DNA from: Limnochordia bacterium
GTDB lineage: Bacteria > Bacillota > Limnochordia > DTU080
Assembly: GCA_050951545.1 (NCBI GenBank)
Contig: JBMNJG010000011.1
Location: forward strand, 288,001-352,000
Direction of reading: 5' to 3'
Length of the DNA stretch: 64,000 nucleotides
The notes under the pieces were generated by a model that saw only the letters and a program-made list of their open reading frames with translations, did not search any database and was not told the origin of the DNA. The translations under genes were made by a program, and so were the position numbers. Every line of letters starts with the position of its first letter. The stretch's first letter is position 1. Positions 11,332-20,149 of the stretch are shown here, piece by piece.

Positions 11332-13254
11332 ATGTCGAAGACGCCTCCCGAGGATGGTGGGCGCTCCCTTCATATTGCTGAAAAGCTAAAGTATGTGCCG
11401 GACAGGCCAGGCGTCTATCTGATGCGCAACGATGCAGGTGATGTCATCTACGTTGGCAAGGCTGTGTCGCTGCGCCATCGAGTGCGCTCCTACTTTCAGG
11501 AGAGTCGCGATGCCGGACCAAAAGTAGAGGCCATGGTCAGACATGTCGCCGACTTCGGCTACATCGTCACTGACTCTGAGATCGAGGCCCTGATTCTCGA
11601 GGCCAACCTGATCAAAGAAGAAGAACCGTGGTACAATATTCGGCTCAAGGACGACAAGAGTTATCCTTACCTCAAGATCACCGAGGAGCCTTTTCCGCGG
11701 GTCTTGGTAGTGCGCCGTCCAGATAGGCAAGATCGGGTGTTTGGGCCCTACACAGATTCGCGAGCGGTCCGCCAGACTCTGCAGTTTCTGCGCAAACTCT
11801 TCCCGTTGCGCACGTGTAACATCGATCTATCCGGCGAACGCAAGCATCGACCTTGTCTTCTGTACCATATCGGGCGCTGTGGTGCTCCTTGTGCTGGTCT
11901 GCAGTCTGAGAAGGAGTACGCGGAGCTCATCACTGAGGTAGAGCTGTTCCTGGAGGGGCGGCACGATCGTCTGCTGCCTAGTTTGGAGAAGAAGATGAAC
12001 GAAGCGGCGGCGCGCCTTGAGTTTGAGCGAGCGGCTCGGCTGCGTGATCAGATTCAAGCGATGGAAAAGGTAATCGAGCGCCAGAAGATTGTAACCAGTG
12101 CCAATGTGGACCAGGATGTACTGGGGCTAGCTCTTGCCGACGCGCTTGCTTGTGTGCAGGTCTTTTTCGTGCGCGGCGGCAAGGTAGTGGGCAGTGAGCA
12201 CTTCTTCCTCGACGTGGGCGAGGAAGAAGACCAAAGTGAGATCTTGCGCTCCTTTGTACAACAATACTACAATCAGACTCGATTCGTCCCTCAGGAGGTG
12301 TTGCTGCCGCTAGTCATTGAGTCAGGTGACGTGGTCGAGGCCTGGTTGAGCCGAAAACGAGGCGGCCGCGTTCACTTGCGTAGGCCACAGCGGGGTGAGA
12401 AGCGGCGACTCGTAGAGATGGTAAGCGAGAACGCTCGCTTGGTGCTGGCCGCACGGCAGGAACGCGCCAGCGCGCGCCAACGCCACAACGAAGCGGGTCT
12501 GCGGCAGTTGAAAGAGGTCCTAAGGTTAGTTGACCAACCTCAGCGCATTGAAGCCTATGACGTCTCTAACTTCCAGGGCAGCGACACAGTAGCCTCCATG
12601 GTCGTACTCCAAGATGGCGAACCCGTTCCCGCGGATTATCGGCGCTTTCGTATCCGGGGCGTGCAGGGGCCCGACGACTTTGCAGCTATGCGCGAGGTCG
12701 TTCAGCGCCGCTTTCAGCGGGCCCTGCGTGAGCAGCAGGAGCTTGCGGAGTTGGAGCCTGCTGTACGCGAGGATGCTCGAGCGAAAGCCAAGTTCGCGCA
12801 CCTGCCTGACCTGGTGCTGATCGATGGCGGCCGAGGTCAGCTCAATGCCGCGGTCAGCGTTCTCCGTGAGCTCGGACTCGGTGATCTTCCGGTTGTGGGA
12901 CTAGCCGAGCGGCTAGAGGAGATCTACATGCAAGATCAGCCAGACCCACTTCGTCTTCGCGAAGACTCTCCGGGCATTCATCTACTGCAACGTGCCCGAG
13001 ACGAGGCCCATCGGTTTGCTCTGGGGTATCACCGGCAGTTGCGTGATAGACGAACGCAGGCATCTTCGTTGGATGCGATTGAGGGCGTCGGCCCCGCCCG
13101 AAAGAGGGCGCTGATCAAGCATTTTGGCTCAGTCAAGGGTGTTCGGGAGGCTAGTTTGGCGGAGTTGCAGGCGGTTCCGGGGCTTCCACAGGTTGTGGCT
13201 CAGCGTATCTATGAGCAGCTGGGGCGTAATGAACGTTTGAGGCCTGGACCTTAA
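11332..13254 (+). CDS. uvrC: Excinuclease ABC subunit C
   Basis: GIY-YIG (PGVYLM..IYVGKA), UVR, RNaseH-like (PDLVLIDGG, RDEAHRFA), C-terminal HhH. Confidence 0.98.
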   Translation: MSKTPPEDGGRSLHIAEKLKYVPDRPGVYLMRNDAGDVIYVGKAVSLRHRVRSYFQESRDAGPKVEAMVRHVADFGYIVTDSEIEALILEANLIKEEEPWYNIRLKDDKSYPYLKITEEPFPRVLVVRRPDRQDRVFGPYTDSRAVRQTLQFLRKLFPLRTCNIDLSGERKHRPCLLYHIGRCGAPCAGLQSEKEYAELITEVELFLEGRHDRLLPSLEKKMNEAAARLEFERAARLRDQIQAMEKVIERQKIVTSANVDQDVLGLALADALACVQVFFVRGGKVVGSEHFFLDVGEEEDQSEILRSFVQQYYNQTRFVPQEVLLPLVIESGDVVEAWLSRKRGGRVHLRRPQRGEKRRLVEMVSENARLVLAARQERASARQRHNEAGLRQLKEVLRLVDQPQRIEAYDVSNFQGSDTVASMVVLQDGEPVPADYRRFRIRGVQGPDDFAAMREVVQRRFQRALREQQELAELEPAVREDARAKAKFAHLPDLVLIDGGRGQLNAAVSVLRELGLGDLPVVGLAERLEEIYMQDQPDPLRLREDSPGIHLLQRARDEAHRFALGYHRQLRDRRTQASSLDAIEGVGPARKRALIKHFGSVKGVREASLAELQAVPGLPQVVAQRIYEQLGRNERLRPGP

Positions 13255-13293
13255 AGAAATTGATATGCAACCTATGATATGTTCATTTACCTA

Positions 13294-13322
13294 TTGACAA
13301 TGATGACCATGCCAGGGATAAT
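13294..13322 (+). promoter_or_regulatory. sigA-like promoter of the DUF2089 operon
   Basis: TTGACA-17 bp-GATAAT. Confidence 0.65.
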
Positions 13323-13356
13323 GATGCTGCATGGATCGATCGATCAGTCATGCGGT

Positions 13357-13401
13357 GGGAGTAGCATGCCCGCACCGCACAACACGGTTTTTCTGGGAGG
13401 T
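13357..13401 (+). promoter_or_regulatory. Recurrent leader motif, copy 1
   Basis: GGGAGTA-g-CATGCCCGCAC-cgcac-AACACGGTT..GGGAGGT. Similar sequences at 27893 and 63911. Confidence 0.55.
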
Positions 13402-13408
13402 AGGCGCG

Positions 13409-13813
13409 ATGCGCCAGCGGCAAGCACCAGGTAGATGCCCCGTCTGCGGAAGACCAATGCATGTCACCCGACTGGCTTGCGACTCTTGTGGCAGCGCCTT
13501 GGAAGGCACGTTCTCCGTGTGCCGCTTCTGCCAGCTCTCTCCCGAACAGCAGGGGTTTGTGGAGGCCTTCTTGCTCAGCCGAGGCAACATTCGTGAGATG
13601 GAGCGCGTATTGGGTGTCTCCTACCCCACGGTGCGCAGTCGCCTGGACGGAGTGATTGAGGCATTGGGGCATGAGGCGAGCCAGGACCGCGATGCTGAGG
13701 CGGAAGAGCAGAAGAGACGGCAGGTACTCGAGGCCTTGGACAAAGGCGAGTTATCGCCGCAGGAGGCTATCAAGCAGTTGAGGGAGACGACGGGGACTGA
13801 TGGAAGTGGGTAG
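13409..13813 (+). CDS. DUF2089 family protein (Zn ribbon-HTH-SHOCT-like)
   Basis: CPVCG..CDSC, RGNIREMERVLGVSYPTVRSRLD, LEALDKGELSPQEAI. ATG 13409 follows GGAGGT. Confidence 0.9.
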   Translation: MRQRQAPGRCPVCGRPMHVTRLACDSCGSALEGTFSVCRFCQLSPEQQGFVEAFLLSRGNIREMERVLGVSYPTVRSRLDGVIEALGHEASQDRDAEAEEQKRRQVLEALDKGELSPQEAIKQLRETTGTDGSG

Positions 13814-13846
13814 TCGCTTAGCACTGGTGAAAGGGGTTGGCCAGGT

Positions 13847-14191
13847 ATGACCCAGGAGCGCATGCAGATCCTTCGGATGTTGGAGGAAGGCAAGATTAAG
13901 GCAGAAGAGGCCGAACAGCTGCTGTCTACCGTAGAGCAGAGTCAGGTACCGAGCCCGGCGCGCAGGAAGTTTCTGCGGGTGCGTGTAGTTGACGGCCAGG
14001 ATACCAAGGTGAATGTGAACATCCCTATCTCCCTGGCGAGGGTGGCCTTCCGCTTTATCCCCAGCAAGATTCTTGCAGAGAATCCAGAACTTGATCTAAA
14101 TGCTTTTGTGCGAGAGATCGAGGCTGGGGCAGAAGGCAAGCTGGTGGAGGTACAAGATGGTAGCACTACCGTAGAGATCTTCGTAGGCTGA
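13847..14191 (+). CDS. SHOCT-like domain protein (YvlB N-terminus-like), DUF2089 partner
   Basis: ERMQILRMLEEGKIKAEEAEQLL, KVNVNIPISL. Confidence 0.82.
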   Translation: MTQERMQILRMLEEGKIKAEEAEQLLSTVEQSQVPSPARRKFLRVRVVDGQDTKVNVNIPISLARVAFRFIPSKILAENPELDLNAFVREIEAGAEGKLVEVQDGSTTVEIFVG

Positions 14192-14316
14192 TGTGCTGTG
14201 CCAGTCACAGATCTCGGCGGGTGAGGGTCCTCTGATGGCACGGGGACCCTCAACTGCTATTGTCGAAGATGCAACGTGGAGAAGTTTCCATAGGGTTCGA
14301 TAGGAGGCGAGGGCTA

Positions 14317-14736
14317 TTGCGTCTGACACTCAAGAACAGCTTCGTAGTAGTGTATGTGAAGAGAAAGCAGTGGCGCTTCCCCCTTTTGCTGCCTATCTCG
14401 TTACCGCTCCTTCAGGAACTTCTTCGGGCGCTAAAAACCATCCTCTGGCTCATAGGAGGCGCCACGGGAGACAGGGGGTGGTGCGTGCTGCGGGCTGGCG
14501 GCGATGCGTTGCGCCGACAGCGGTGGTTGCTGCAGGAGCAAAGCTCGCTGCTGGTGAACTTCCTGTCAGACGGGAGAGGGAGTGCTCTTAGTGCGTGGCC
14601 CGAAGAAGAAGCCGGAAAACGGGGTCGCTGGTTGGTGGTGATGGAGCGCGCTCTCGAGGATCTTCGGCGCCTGGGGCCTTTCTGCCTGGTCCGCGCGGAG
14701 ACAGCCGAAGTGAAGGTCGTGGTGCGATTAATCTGA
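14317..14736 (+). CDS. Hypothetical protein in DUF2089 operon
   Basis: AGGAGG before TTG 14317. Fills the gap in the operon; ends in a beta-hairpin-like segment similar to the previous ORF. Confidence 0.55.
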   Translation: MRLTLKNSFVVVYVKRKQWRFPLLLPISLPLLQELLRALKTILWLIGGATGDRGWCVLRAGGDALRRQRWLLQEQSSLLVNFLSDGRGSALSAWPEEEAGKRGRWLVVMERALEDLRRLGPFCLVRAETAEVKVVVRLI

Positions 14737-14765
14737 GGATGTATCTTTGGAGGAGGTAGGCAGCG

Positions 14766-15110
14766 ATGCGAGGGATTGTGGTTCGTTGGCTCATTAACAC
14801 CGCAGCCCTATTGGCGACAGCGAGTCTGATCAAAGGCATTGAGGTCCGAGGCGTGTGGGGTGCTCTGATAGCCGCAGGGGTGTTGGGTATTGTAAATGCG
14901 TTTATTCGGCCTGTCTTGGTTTTGCTGACGTTACCCTTTAACATCCTCACTCTAGGGTTGCTCACGTTTGTGATCAACGGCTTCATGTTACTGCTTGTGG
15001 CCAAGGTCGTGGATGGCTTCGTGGTTCAGGGCTTCTGGGCAGCGGTGATAGGTAGTCTTCTACTAAGCCTGATCAGCGGCATCATCAGCATGGTGGTGAC
15101 GGATCGGTAA
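14766..15110 (+). CDS. YvlD/DUF360 ('phage holin 4' family) membrane protein
   Basis: GIVNAFIRPVL..LTLPFNILTLGL..VING, four TMs, strong RBS. Confidence 0.9.
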   Translation: MRGIVVRWLINTAALLATASLIKGIEVRGVWGALIAAGVLGIVNAFIRPVLVLLTLPFNILTLGLLTFVINGFMLLLVAKVVDGFVVQGFWAAVIGSLLLSLISGIISMVVTDR

Positions 15111-15919
15111 TGCGTGCTTTTGCTCCAGTGCGTTTGCTTGCTCTTGATCTCGATGACACGTTGCTTACCGAGGAGTTGAGCATCCCTCGCTCAGTAGTCT
15201 CTGCAATCGCCGCGGCCCGTGACAAGGGCGTACAGGTGGTTGTGGCCACGGGGCGCATGTTTCGGTCAGCGTTGCCCTATGCTCGTACGGCTGAGGTGGA
15301 CGGGCCCCTCATAACCTACAACGGGGCGCTAGTGCGTGCGCTGGATGGGCGGACGCTATCGCATCATCCAGTACCGATGGCAGAGGCCCAGGAGTTGGCT
15401 CTTCTCGCTGCGGAACATGGGCTGTGCCTGAATTTCTACATAGATGACGAGTTGTACGTCTCCTGCATGGATGAACGGGCGGAGTACTACCATACGATCT
15501 CAGGTGTGCCTGCACACGTTGAGCCTGATCTCTGCCGTATTCTCACGGATGCTCCCACCAAGGCACTGATTGTGGATGACCCTCCGCTCGCTGATGCATG
15601 GCGAGCCCGTTTGACCTGTCACTTTGGCGAGCGTCTGTCGGTTACCACATCTAAGCCTCGCTTTGTGGAGATCATGGCACCAGGAGTCTCCAAGGGCGTG
15701 GCCTTGGCGGAGCTGGCTGCTTCATTACGAATCGAACCCGGCAATGTAATGGCTGTCGGTGATAGCTTCAACGATCTGTCTATGCTCGCTTTCGCGGGGA
15801 TCAGCGTGGCCATGGGTAACGCCGATCCCGCGATCCAGGAACAGGTTGACTACGTTGTGGCCAGCAGTCAGCAAGGGGGAGTAGCGGAGGCGATCTCGCG
15901 GTTTATTCTTACATCGTGA
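15110..15919 (+). CDS. Cof-type HAD hydrolase
   Basis: DLDDTLL, ATGR, YNGA, SKGVAL, GDSFNDLSM, AMGNA. Confidence 0.92.
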   Translation: MRAFAPVRLLALDLDDTLLTEELSIPRSVVSAIAAARDKGVQVVVATGRMFRSALPYARTAEVDGPLITYNGALVRALDGRTLSHHPVPMAEAQELALLAAEHGLCLNFYIDDELYVSCMDERAEYYHTISGVPAHVEPDLCRILTDAPTKALIVDDPPLADAWRARLTCHFGERLSVTTSKPRFVEIMAPGVSKGVALAELAASLRIEPGNVMAVGDSFNDLSMLAFAGISVAMGNADPAIQEQVDYVVASSQQGGVAEAISRFILTS

Positions 15920-15929
15920 CCGTATGCGG

Positions 15930-16175
15930 CTAGCGCCTGGCGTTGGTGATAGTAGCCACCATGGACACCTCGCCAGTTCCGTCGCGGCATGCTCGCTCAA
16001 ATAGGCGCTGCAAAGCCGAGAAGATCTCTTCTGCCTCTCCCTGCATCTCGGTATTCACTGGACCCACCGCGAAGTTCACTGCGTTGTTGTCGTTGAGCTC
16101 CCCCAGGGAAGCGTTGATCACTTGGTCGGCGTTTTCCGCTTCGATAGGGTAGAGGGCGACCTGGGCTAGGAGCAT
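15930..16175 (-). CDS. YkoF/thiamine-binding (DUF77-like) small protein
   Basis: AQVALYP..VGPVNTEMQGE..IFSAL. ATG 16175 behind AGGAGGTG; 81 aa. Confidence 0.72.
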   Translation of the reverse strand: MLLAQVALYPIEAENADQVINASLGELNDNNAVNFAVGPVNTEMQGEAEEIFSALQRLFERACRDGTGEVSMVATITNARR

Positions 16176-16398
16176 GATGTGCACCTCCTGATATGCGTTG
16201 TTCCTCTCGTAGTGTGACCCAATGGTGATGATGTGCATGCAGGCCCCCTTTGCGAGTATGGTCTTGGCAGCCCAAGCTCTGAGCAACATTGATGGTCGCT
16301 CTTCCTTTGGTGAGCATGTGGAAGCGATGACGCACGCCGTGAAAAACGGAGCAAGGAAGGGCTTGGCAGCACTGGAAGAATCTAAACGTTAGGAAACG

Positions 16399-16428
16399 GC
16401 AGGAAGTCACTGAAAAGAGCGGGAATTA
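16399..16428 (+). promoter_or_regulatory. sigH-like promoter
   Basis: gcAGGAag-...-ggGAATta with an 18-bp AGGA-GAAT spacer. Confidence 0.45.
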
Positions 16429-16622
16429 ACATGTGAGCGTGATGGGCCAGATGCACGAGCTCTGCGGCCACTTTTTGTAGCGGCAAAAGATGACTAACGT
16501 AGTCAGTTAGCAGGGCTCACTCTGGCGTCGCATCGGCCAGCAATGATCAAGGATTTGCCGTAGGTTGCAGTAGGATCACGAGCAAGTAGACGTAGCCTAG
16601 TCGCAGCAAGTACCAAAGGGGG

Positions 16623-17966
16623 ATGCAATACACTATGAAGAGAATCGCGATGGTGTTGGTCTCGGCGCTGGCCGTTGCGGTAACGGTTCCAGTCTTGGCG
16701 ACTGAAGTAAGCATTCAAGACGGCAAGTTGTCTGCTGGATTCACCGTGCTCAACGGTGATACTGGCACGCTGAAGGCTGAATCAAATGCAGAGGTTCAGT
16801 TGGCGGCCAGTGAAGAAGGCGGCTGGTCGGCTCAAGCCAAGTTGGAGAATCTAACGGCAACTCCTTTGCTAGGGGAGTACCGGGTGGAGTTTCACGACCC
16901 GTTGTTCCGCATCACGGCGTGGGGTAAGGGTCACGAAACCTCTGACCAAGCGGATCCGTTCGAGTTCGTGAAATCAGTAAAGAAGCATGATGGTGATTTC
17001 AAGGTACGGGCAGACGTCGGTCCGCTAACCGTCGACCTGGACGATGCCAGCAACTTCCATCTCTTTGCAGAACAGGCCATTGGCGAGCATACCCTTGGCG
17101 TAGCCGCACAGAATCAGCTGCCCTTGCGTAACGGTGTCACCGCTGTCGGCTACGGCAAGACTCAGGCAGCTGGCTTGGATGTAACTGGTGCCTTGGGTAT
17201 GACGGTGAAGGAAGGCGTGACGGATGAGAACATCGGTTACGGTGTGAGGGCTCAGGCTCCCATCGTTCCGGGTGTGACTGGCGCCGTGATCTACACCAGC
17301 CAACCGAGGAACTTCGTCAACGGCAGAAACCGCGACGAACTGAAGATAGAAGCTGAACATGAAAGCGCTCTGGTGCGGATCAATGGTTCGTATGCCAGAG
17401 CGGTACAGGCCGATGATAGGCAATTCGACGACGAGGTCATCGAAGCTGTCGGGGACTGGCGGTCTCGTGAAGGAAACCCGGACTGGGACGATCAGTTCGA
17501 GAGCGACCAGTACTTTGAGAACGTCGCTCCCGCCTTCCAGGTCCGAGTAAAGCAGACGCGCGACAACAGCCAGCCCACCCATGAGCTGACTGTAAAGGGT
17601 ACTATGCCAGTCGTCGCTGGTCGCATGTGGGTAAACGGCAGTCTGATCCATGTCGCAGACAAGGATGCTGATCTGAACGCTCAAGTCAGCAACTTGGCAG
17701 AGACTGGAACTGTTGCTTTGGCAGGTACCGCACGGCACACAACATTTCAGGCCGACGGCTATGTCCAGGCTACACAGAAGCTGAGCCTAGAGCCAGGCAT
17801 GTTGTATGTAACCGCAGGTACTGCAGGTGATTACCTCAAGCTGGGTGCCAAGGCAGGTTACCAGGTAGCTCCCTCAGGCAGACTGACAGCGGAGTACGCG
17901 CAGGACTACCTGAAGAGGAAGGGGAATGATAGTAGACTGGGAGTAGGCTTTGAGGTAGCGTTCTAG
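16623..17966 (+). CDS. Secreted putative outer-membrane beta-barrel protein, paralog 1
   Basis: Signal peptide (MKRIAMVLV..VLA), alternating amphipathic strands, C-terminal RLGVGFEVAF. Confidence 0.7.
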   Translation: MQYTMKRIAMVLVSALAVAVTVPVLATEVSIQDGKLSAGFTVLNGDTGTLKAESNAEVQLAASEEGGWSAQAKLENLTATPLLGEYRVEFHDPLFRITAWGKGHETSDQADPFEFVKSVKKHDGDFKVRADVGPLTVDLDDASNFHLFAEQAIGEHTLGVAAQNQLPLRNGVTAVGYGKTQAAGLDVTGALGMTVKEGVTDENIGYGVRAQAPIVPGVTGAVIYTSQPRNFVNGRNRDELKIEAEHESALVRINGSYARAVQADDRQFDDEVIEAVGDWRSREGNPDWDDQFESDQYFENVAPAFQVRVKQTRDNSQPTHELTVKGTMPVVAGRMWVNGSLIHVADKDADLNAQVSNLAETGTVALAGTARHTTFQADGYVQATQKLSLEPGMLYVTAGTAGDYLKLGAKAGYQVAPSGRLTAEYAQDYLKRKGNDSRLGVGFEVAF

Positions 17967-17993
17967 GCCCTTCTGCCCGTGCAGATAAGGCAT

Positions 17994-18037
17994 GAGAGGC
18001 GACAGAGCACCTGTTGGAGGGTGCTCTGTCGCCTCTC
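17994..18037 (+). terminator. Perfect 18-bp stem hairpin after paralog 1 (terminator or stabiliser)
   Basis: GAGAGGCGACAGAGCACC-8 nt-GGTGCTCTGTCGCCTCTC; no U tract. Confidence 0.6.
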
Positions 18038-18118
18038 TGGCAGTCGGCGCCGGAAAGGCGGACTGCGGCGTTCTCTTCAGTACGGGCATTTTTACCCACG
18101 GTCTTTTCCAGTTGCGGA

Positions 18119-18148
18119 GAAGGATTCCCCTTGATAGACGGTGAATAT
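18119..18148 (+). promoter_or_regulatory. sigH-like promoter
   Basis: gaAGGAttc-...-gtGAATat with an 18-bp spacer. Confidence 0.5.
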
Positions 18149-18343
18149 GAGCTTCACCAACCTAGTAAGAGAGGTATCCTGCGCTATTACAGAGAAAATG
18201 TCCCGCGGTTTGGGAAGGTAATGGCGAGGACAGGAGTAATATTACTAGGGCTACGGCCGTGCATGGTGCATAGCTAGTAGATAAGGAACCAATCACACAA
18301 CGGCATACGCTCGGTAGGATCTACGTCGGAGGAAGGAGGTGTC

Positions 18344-18554
18344 ACCCACAGTTAGACGTCGATCCGCTAAACACCGGGTTATGTACGGAAGGCATGGGGA
18401 AAAGGCTCTGTTTATCGTATTCCGATCGGGCGAAGGTAACAAAGGAGACTTCTCCTGTACGGATACACTAGCAGCAGAGTCGCTAGAACACAGGCCTTCC
18501 GAGTTTAGAGAAGAACTGTTGGGTATCGATGGTGTTCGTTATAGAATCACGAAC
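18344..18554 (+). ncRNA. Putative large structured 5' leader of paralog 2
   Basis: Six nested complementary segments visible by eye (see findings). Confidence 0.5.
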
Positions 18555-18579
18555 GCAAGAAAGACAGGAGGAGTGTCAG

Positions 18580-19992
18580 ATGAAGTCGTCTTTGGTACGC
18601 AGGTCCACAGTGCTCGCTTTGGCTCTGGTCCTGGTGGCCTGCACGGGCGCGTTTGCGGCCACTATGGGCGTAGACGTTAGCACCACCCTCAGGGTGCAGA
18701 GTGCAGCCACTGATAAGCTCCTACCGCTTACTCTGGCAACAGAAACTCATGCTCTGCGCTTCCGCGCTGCCGATTCCGGCAAGTGGCTTCTGCACCTTGA
18801 TGGGGCTGCCACAGCTGCGAAAGGTGGGTTTTCCTGGAACCGTCCGTCGTTTCGGGCGCAGATCGTCACCCCGCCACGCACGTGGGACCTTTGGGGCGGT
18901 GGCTACAACCTTGGCGGTGCTAAGGCTGACCCGGCTGAGCTGATCGTCATGGGTAGCCTGGGTACGCGTCCGCTCGTTTGGGGCGGTATGGCGAACGCTG
19001 TTTCTGCTGGTCAGATGAAGATCCGCACCAGCTTCAATGTAGCTGATGTGAACATCACCACTGATGTGCACCAGCTTGCTACGGCTCGTACCAACGTTGA
19101 GGCTTACGGTGACTACAAACTCGACGCAGCTACCGTGGGCGGTGTGCTCCGTACTGCTTTCGACGCAGATCCGAAGAAGAATACCACTGGCCTGGTAGGC
19201 TTTGTGAAGACTGATCTGTCTGGCGTCCAGGTTGGCGCTTCCGCCGGTGTGCGTTTTGGTGACTCTGTCAGTGGCGACAACCTCGCCTTTGGCGTTAACG
19301 CTGAGACCAAGCTGCAGGATGGGCAGTTTGTCCTTTCCGGCGATTTTGTGAACAGACAGAAGAACTTCTACGAGCCCGACGCTCAGGATGCAGGTTTCCA
19401 GAACGGCAATGAGCGGTTCAAGAATATCGCGGCTGGCAGTGCTACTGCCGAGGGTAGCCTCCTACGGCTTACCGGGACGTGGCTTGGCGAGGCCAACAAG
19501 GGTGCGAATCCTCTCACAGCCATCAATGCTACCGCCGAGAGTGCTGCTGGTCTGAAGGGCCCAGCGTTCCAGGCGATCGTGCAGCGGACGAAGGATGCCA
19601 CACCCAATCCGCAGACCATTGTCGCTGCTCGCGCTGGCACCCGTATCCTACCGAACAACTTCTGGGTGGTCGGACAGGTGAAGGTGACCAAGGACACAGA
19701 CGGTGTGACAGCGGTCTCCGGTGTGACTGGCAAAGAGAGCCGCACCGATATCGATGGTCGTGTGCGTTACAACCTCGCTGATGTGGGTCTGAACAGCTGG
19801 TTCTTGCTCGGGCATTTCCAGAACCAGTCGGCGAACGATGGTACCAGCACCGGCACCAGCAATACGCTCAAGGCAGAGCTGATCTACAGTGCTGGTAAGG
19901 TAAAGCTGACAAGTGGTATCTCCACTGTCAAGAACTCGAGCGCAACGAAGGCTGCCAACTCGCTGTACGCCCAGTTCCAGATCAACATGTAG
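18580..19992 (+). CDS. Secreted putative outer-membrane beta-barrel / major surface protein, paralog 2
   Basis: ATG 18580 after AGGAGG; signal peptide ending AFA; Ala/Thr/Asn/Gly rich; C-terminal SLYAQFQINM. Confidence 0.72.
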   Translation: MKSSLVRRSTVLALALVLVACTGAFAATMGVDVSTTLRVQSAATDKLLPLTLATETHALRFRAADSGKWLLHLDGAATAAKGGFSWNRPSFRAQIVTPPRTWDLWGGGYNLGGAKADPAELIVMGSLGTRPLVWGGMANAVSAGQMKIRTSFNVADVNITTDVHQLATARTNVEAYGDYKLDAATVGGVLRTAFDADPKKNTTGLVGFVKTDLSGVQVGASAGVRFGDSVSGDNLAFGVNAETKLQDGQFVLSGDFVNRQKNFYEPDAQDAGFQNGNERFKNIAAGSATAEGSLLRLTGTWLGEANKGANPLTAINATAESAAGLKGPAFQAIVQRTKDATPNPQTIVAARAGTRILPNNFWVVGQVKVTKDTDGVTAVSGVTGKESRTDIDGRVRYNLADVGLNSWFLLGHFQNQSANDGTSTGTSNTLKAELIYSAGKVKLTSGISTVKNSSATKAANSLYAQFQINM

Positions 19993-20041
19993 GTCAAGCG
20001 ATATCTGGTATAGCACTTCGCTATACGAGGTAGATGTGGAG

Positions 20042-20069
20042 AAGAGTCCGGCTGTAGCCGGGCTCTTTT
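20042..20069 (+). terminator. Intrinsic terminator
   Basis: AAGAGTCCGGC-tgta-GCCGGGCTCTTTT. Confidence 0.75.
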
Positions 20070-20149
20070 CCGCTTACTGATGCCTATACCCCTACCCCTG
20101 CAGGAGAGTGCTCTTCGGCGGCGAAGGTTAGAGTGACTGACGGGGAGAG

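Noticed and set aside
14766-15110. Prophage suggested by the 'phage holin' family gene
   Set aside because: YvlD/DUF360 is a common chromosomal gene at this locus; no phage genes nearby.
16176-16622. TPP riboswitch upstream of the YkoF-like gene
   Set aside because: No CTGAGA or AGCGTAGGGA-like core found on the minus strand.
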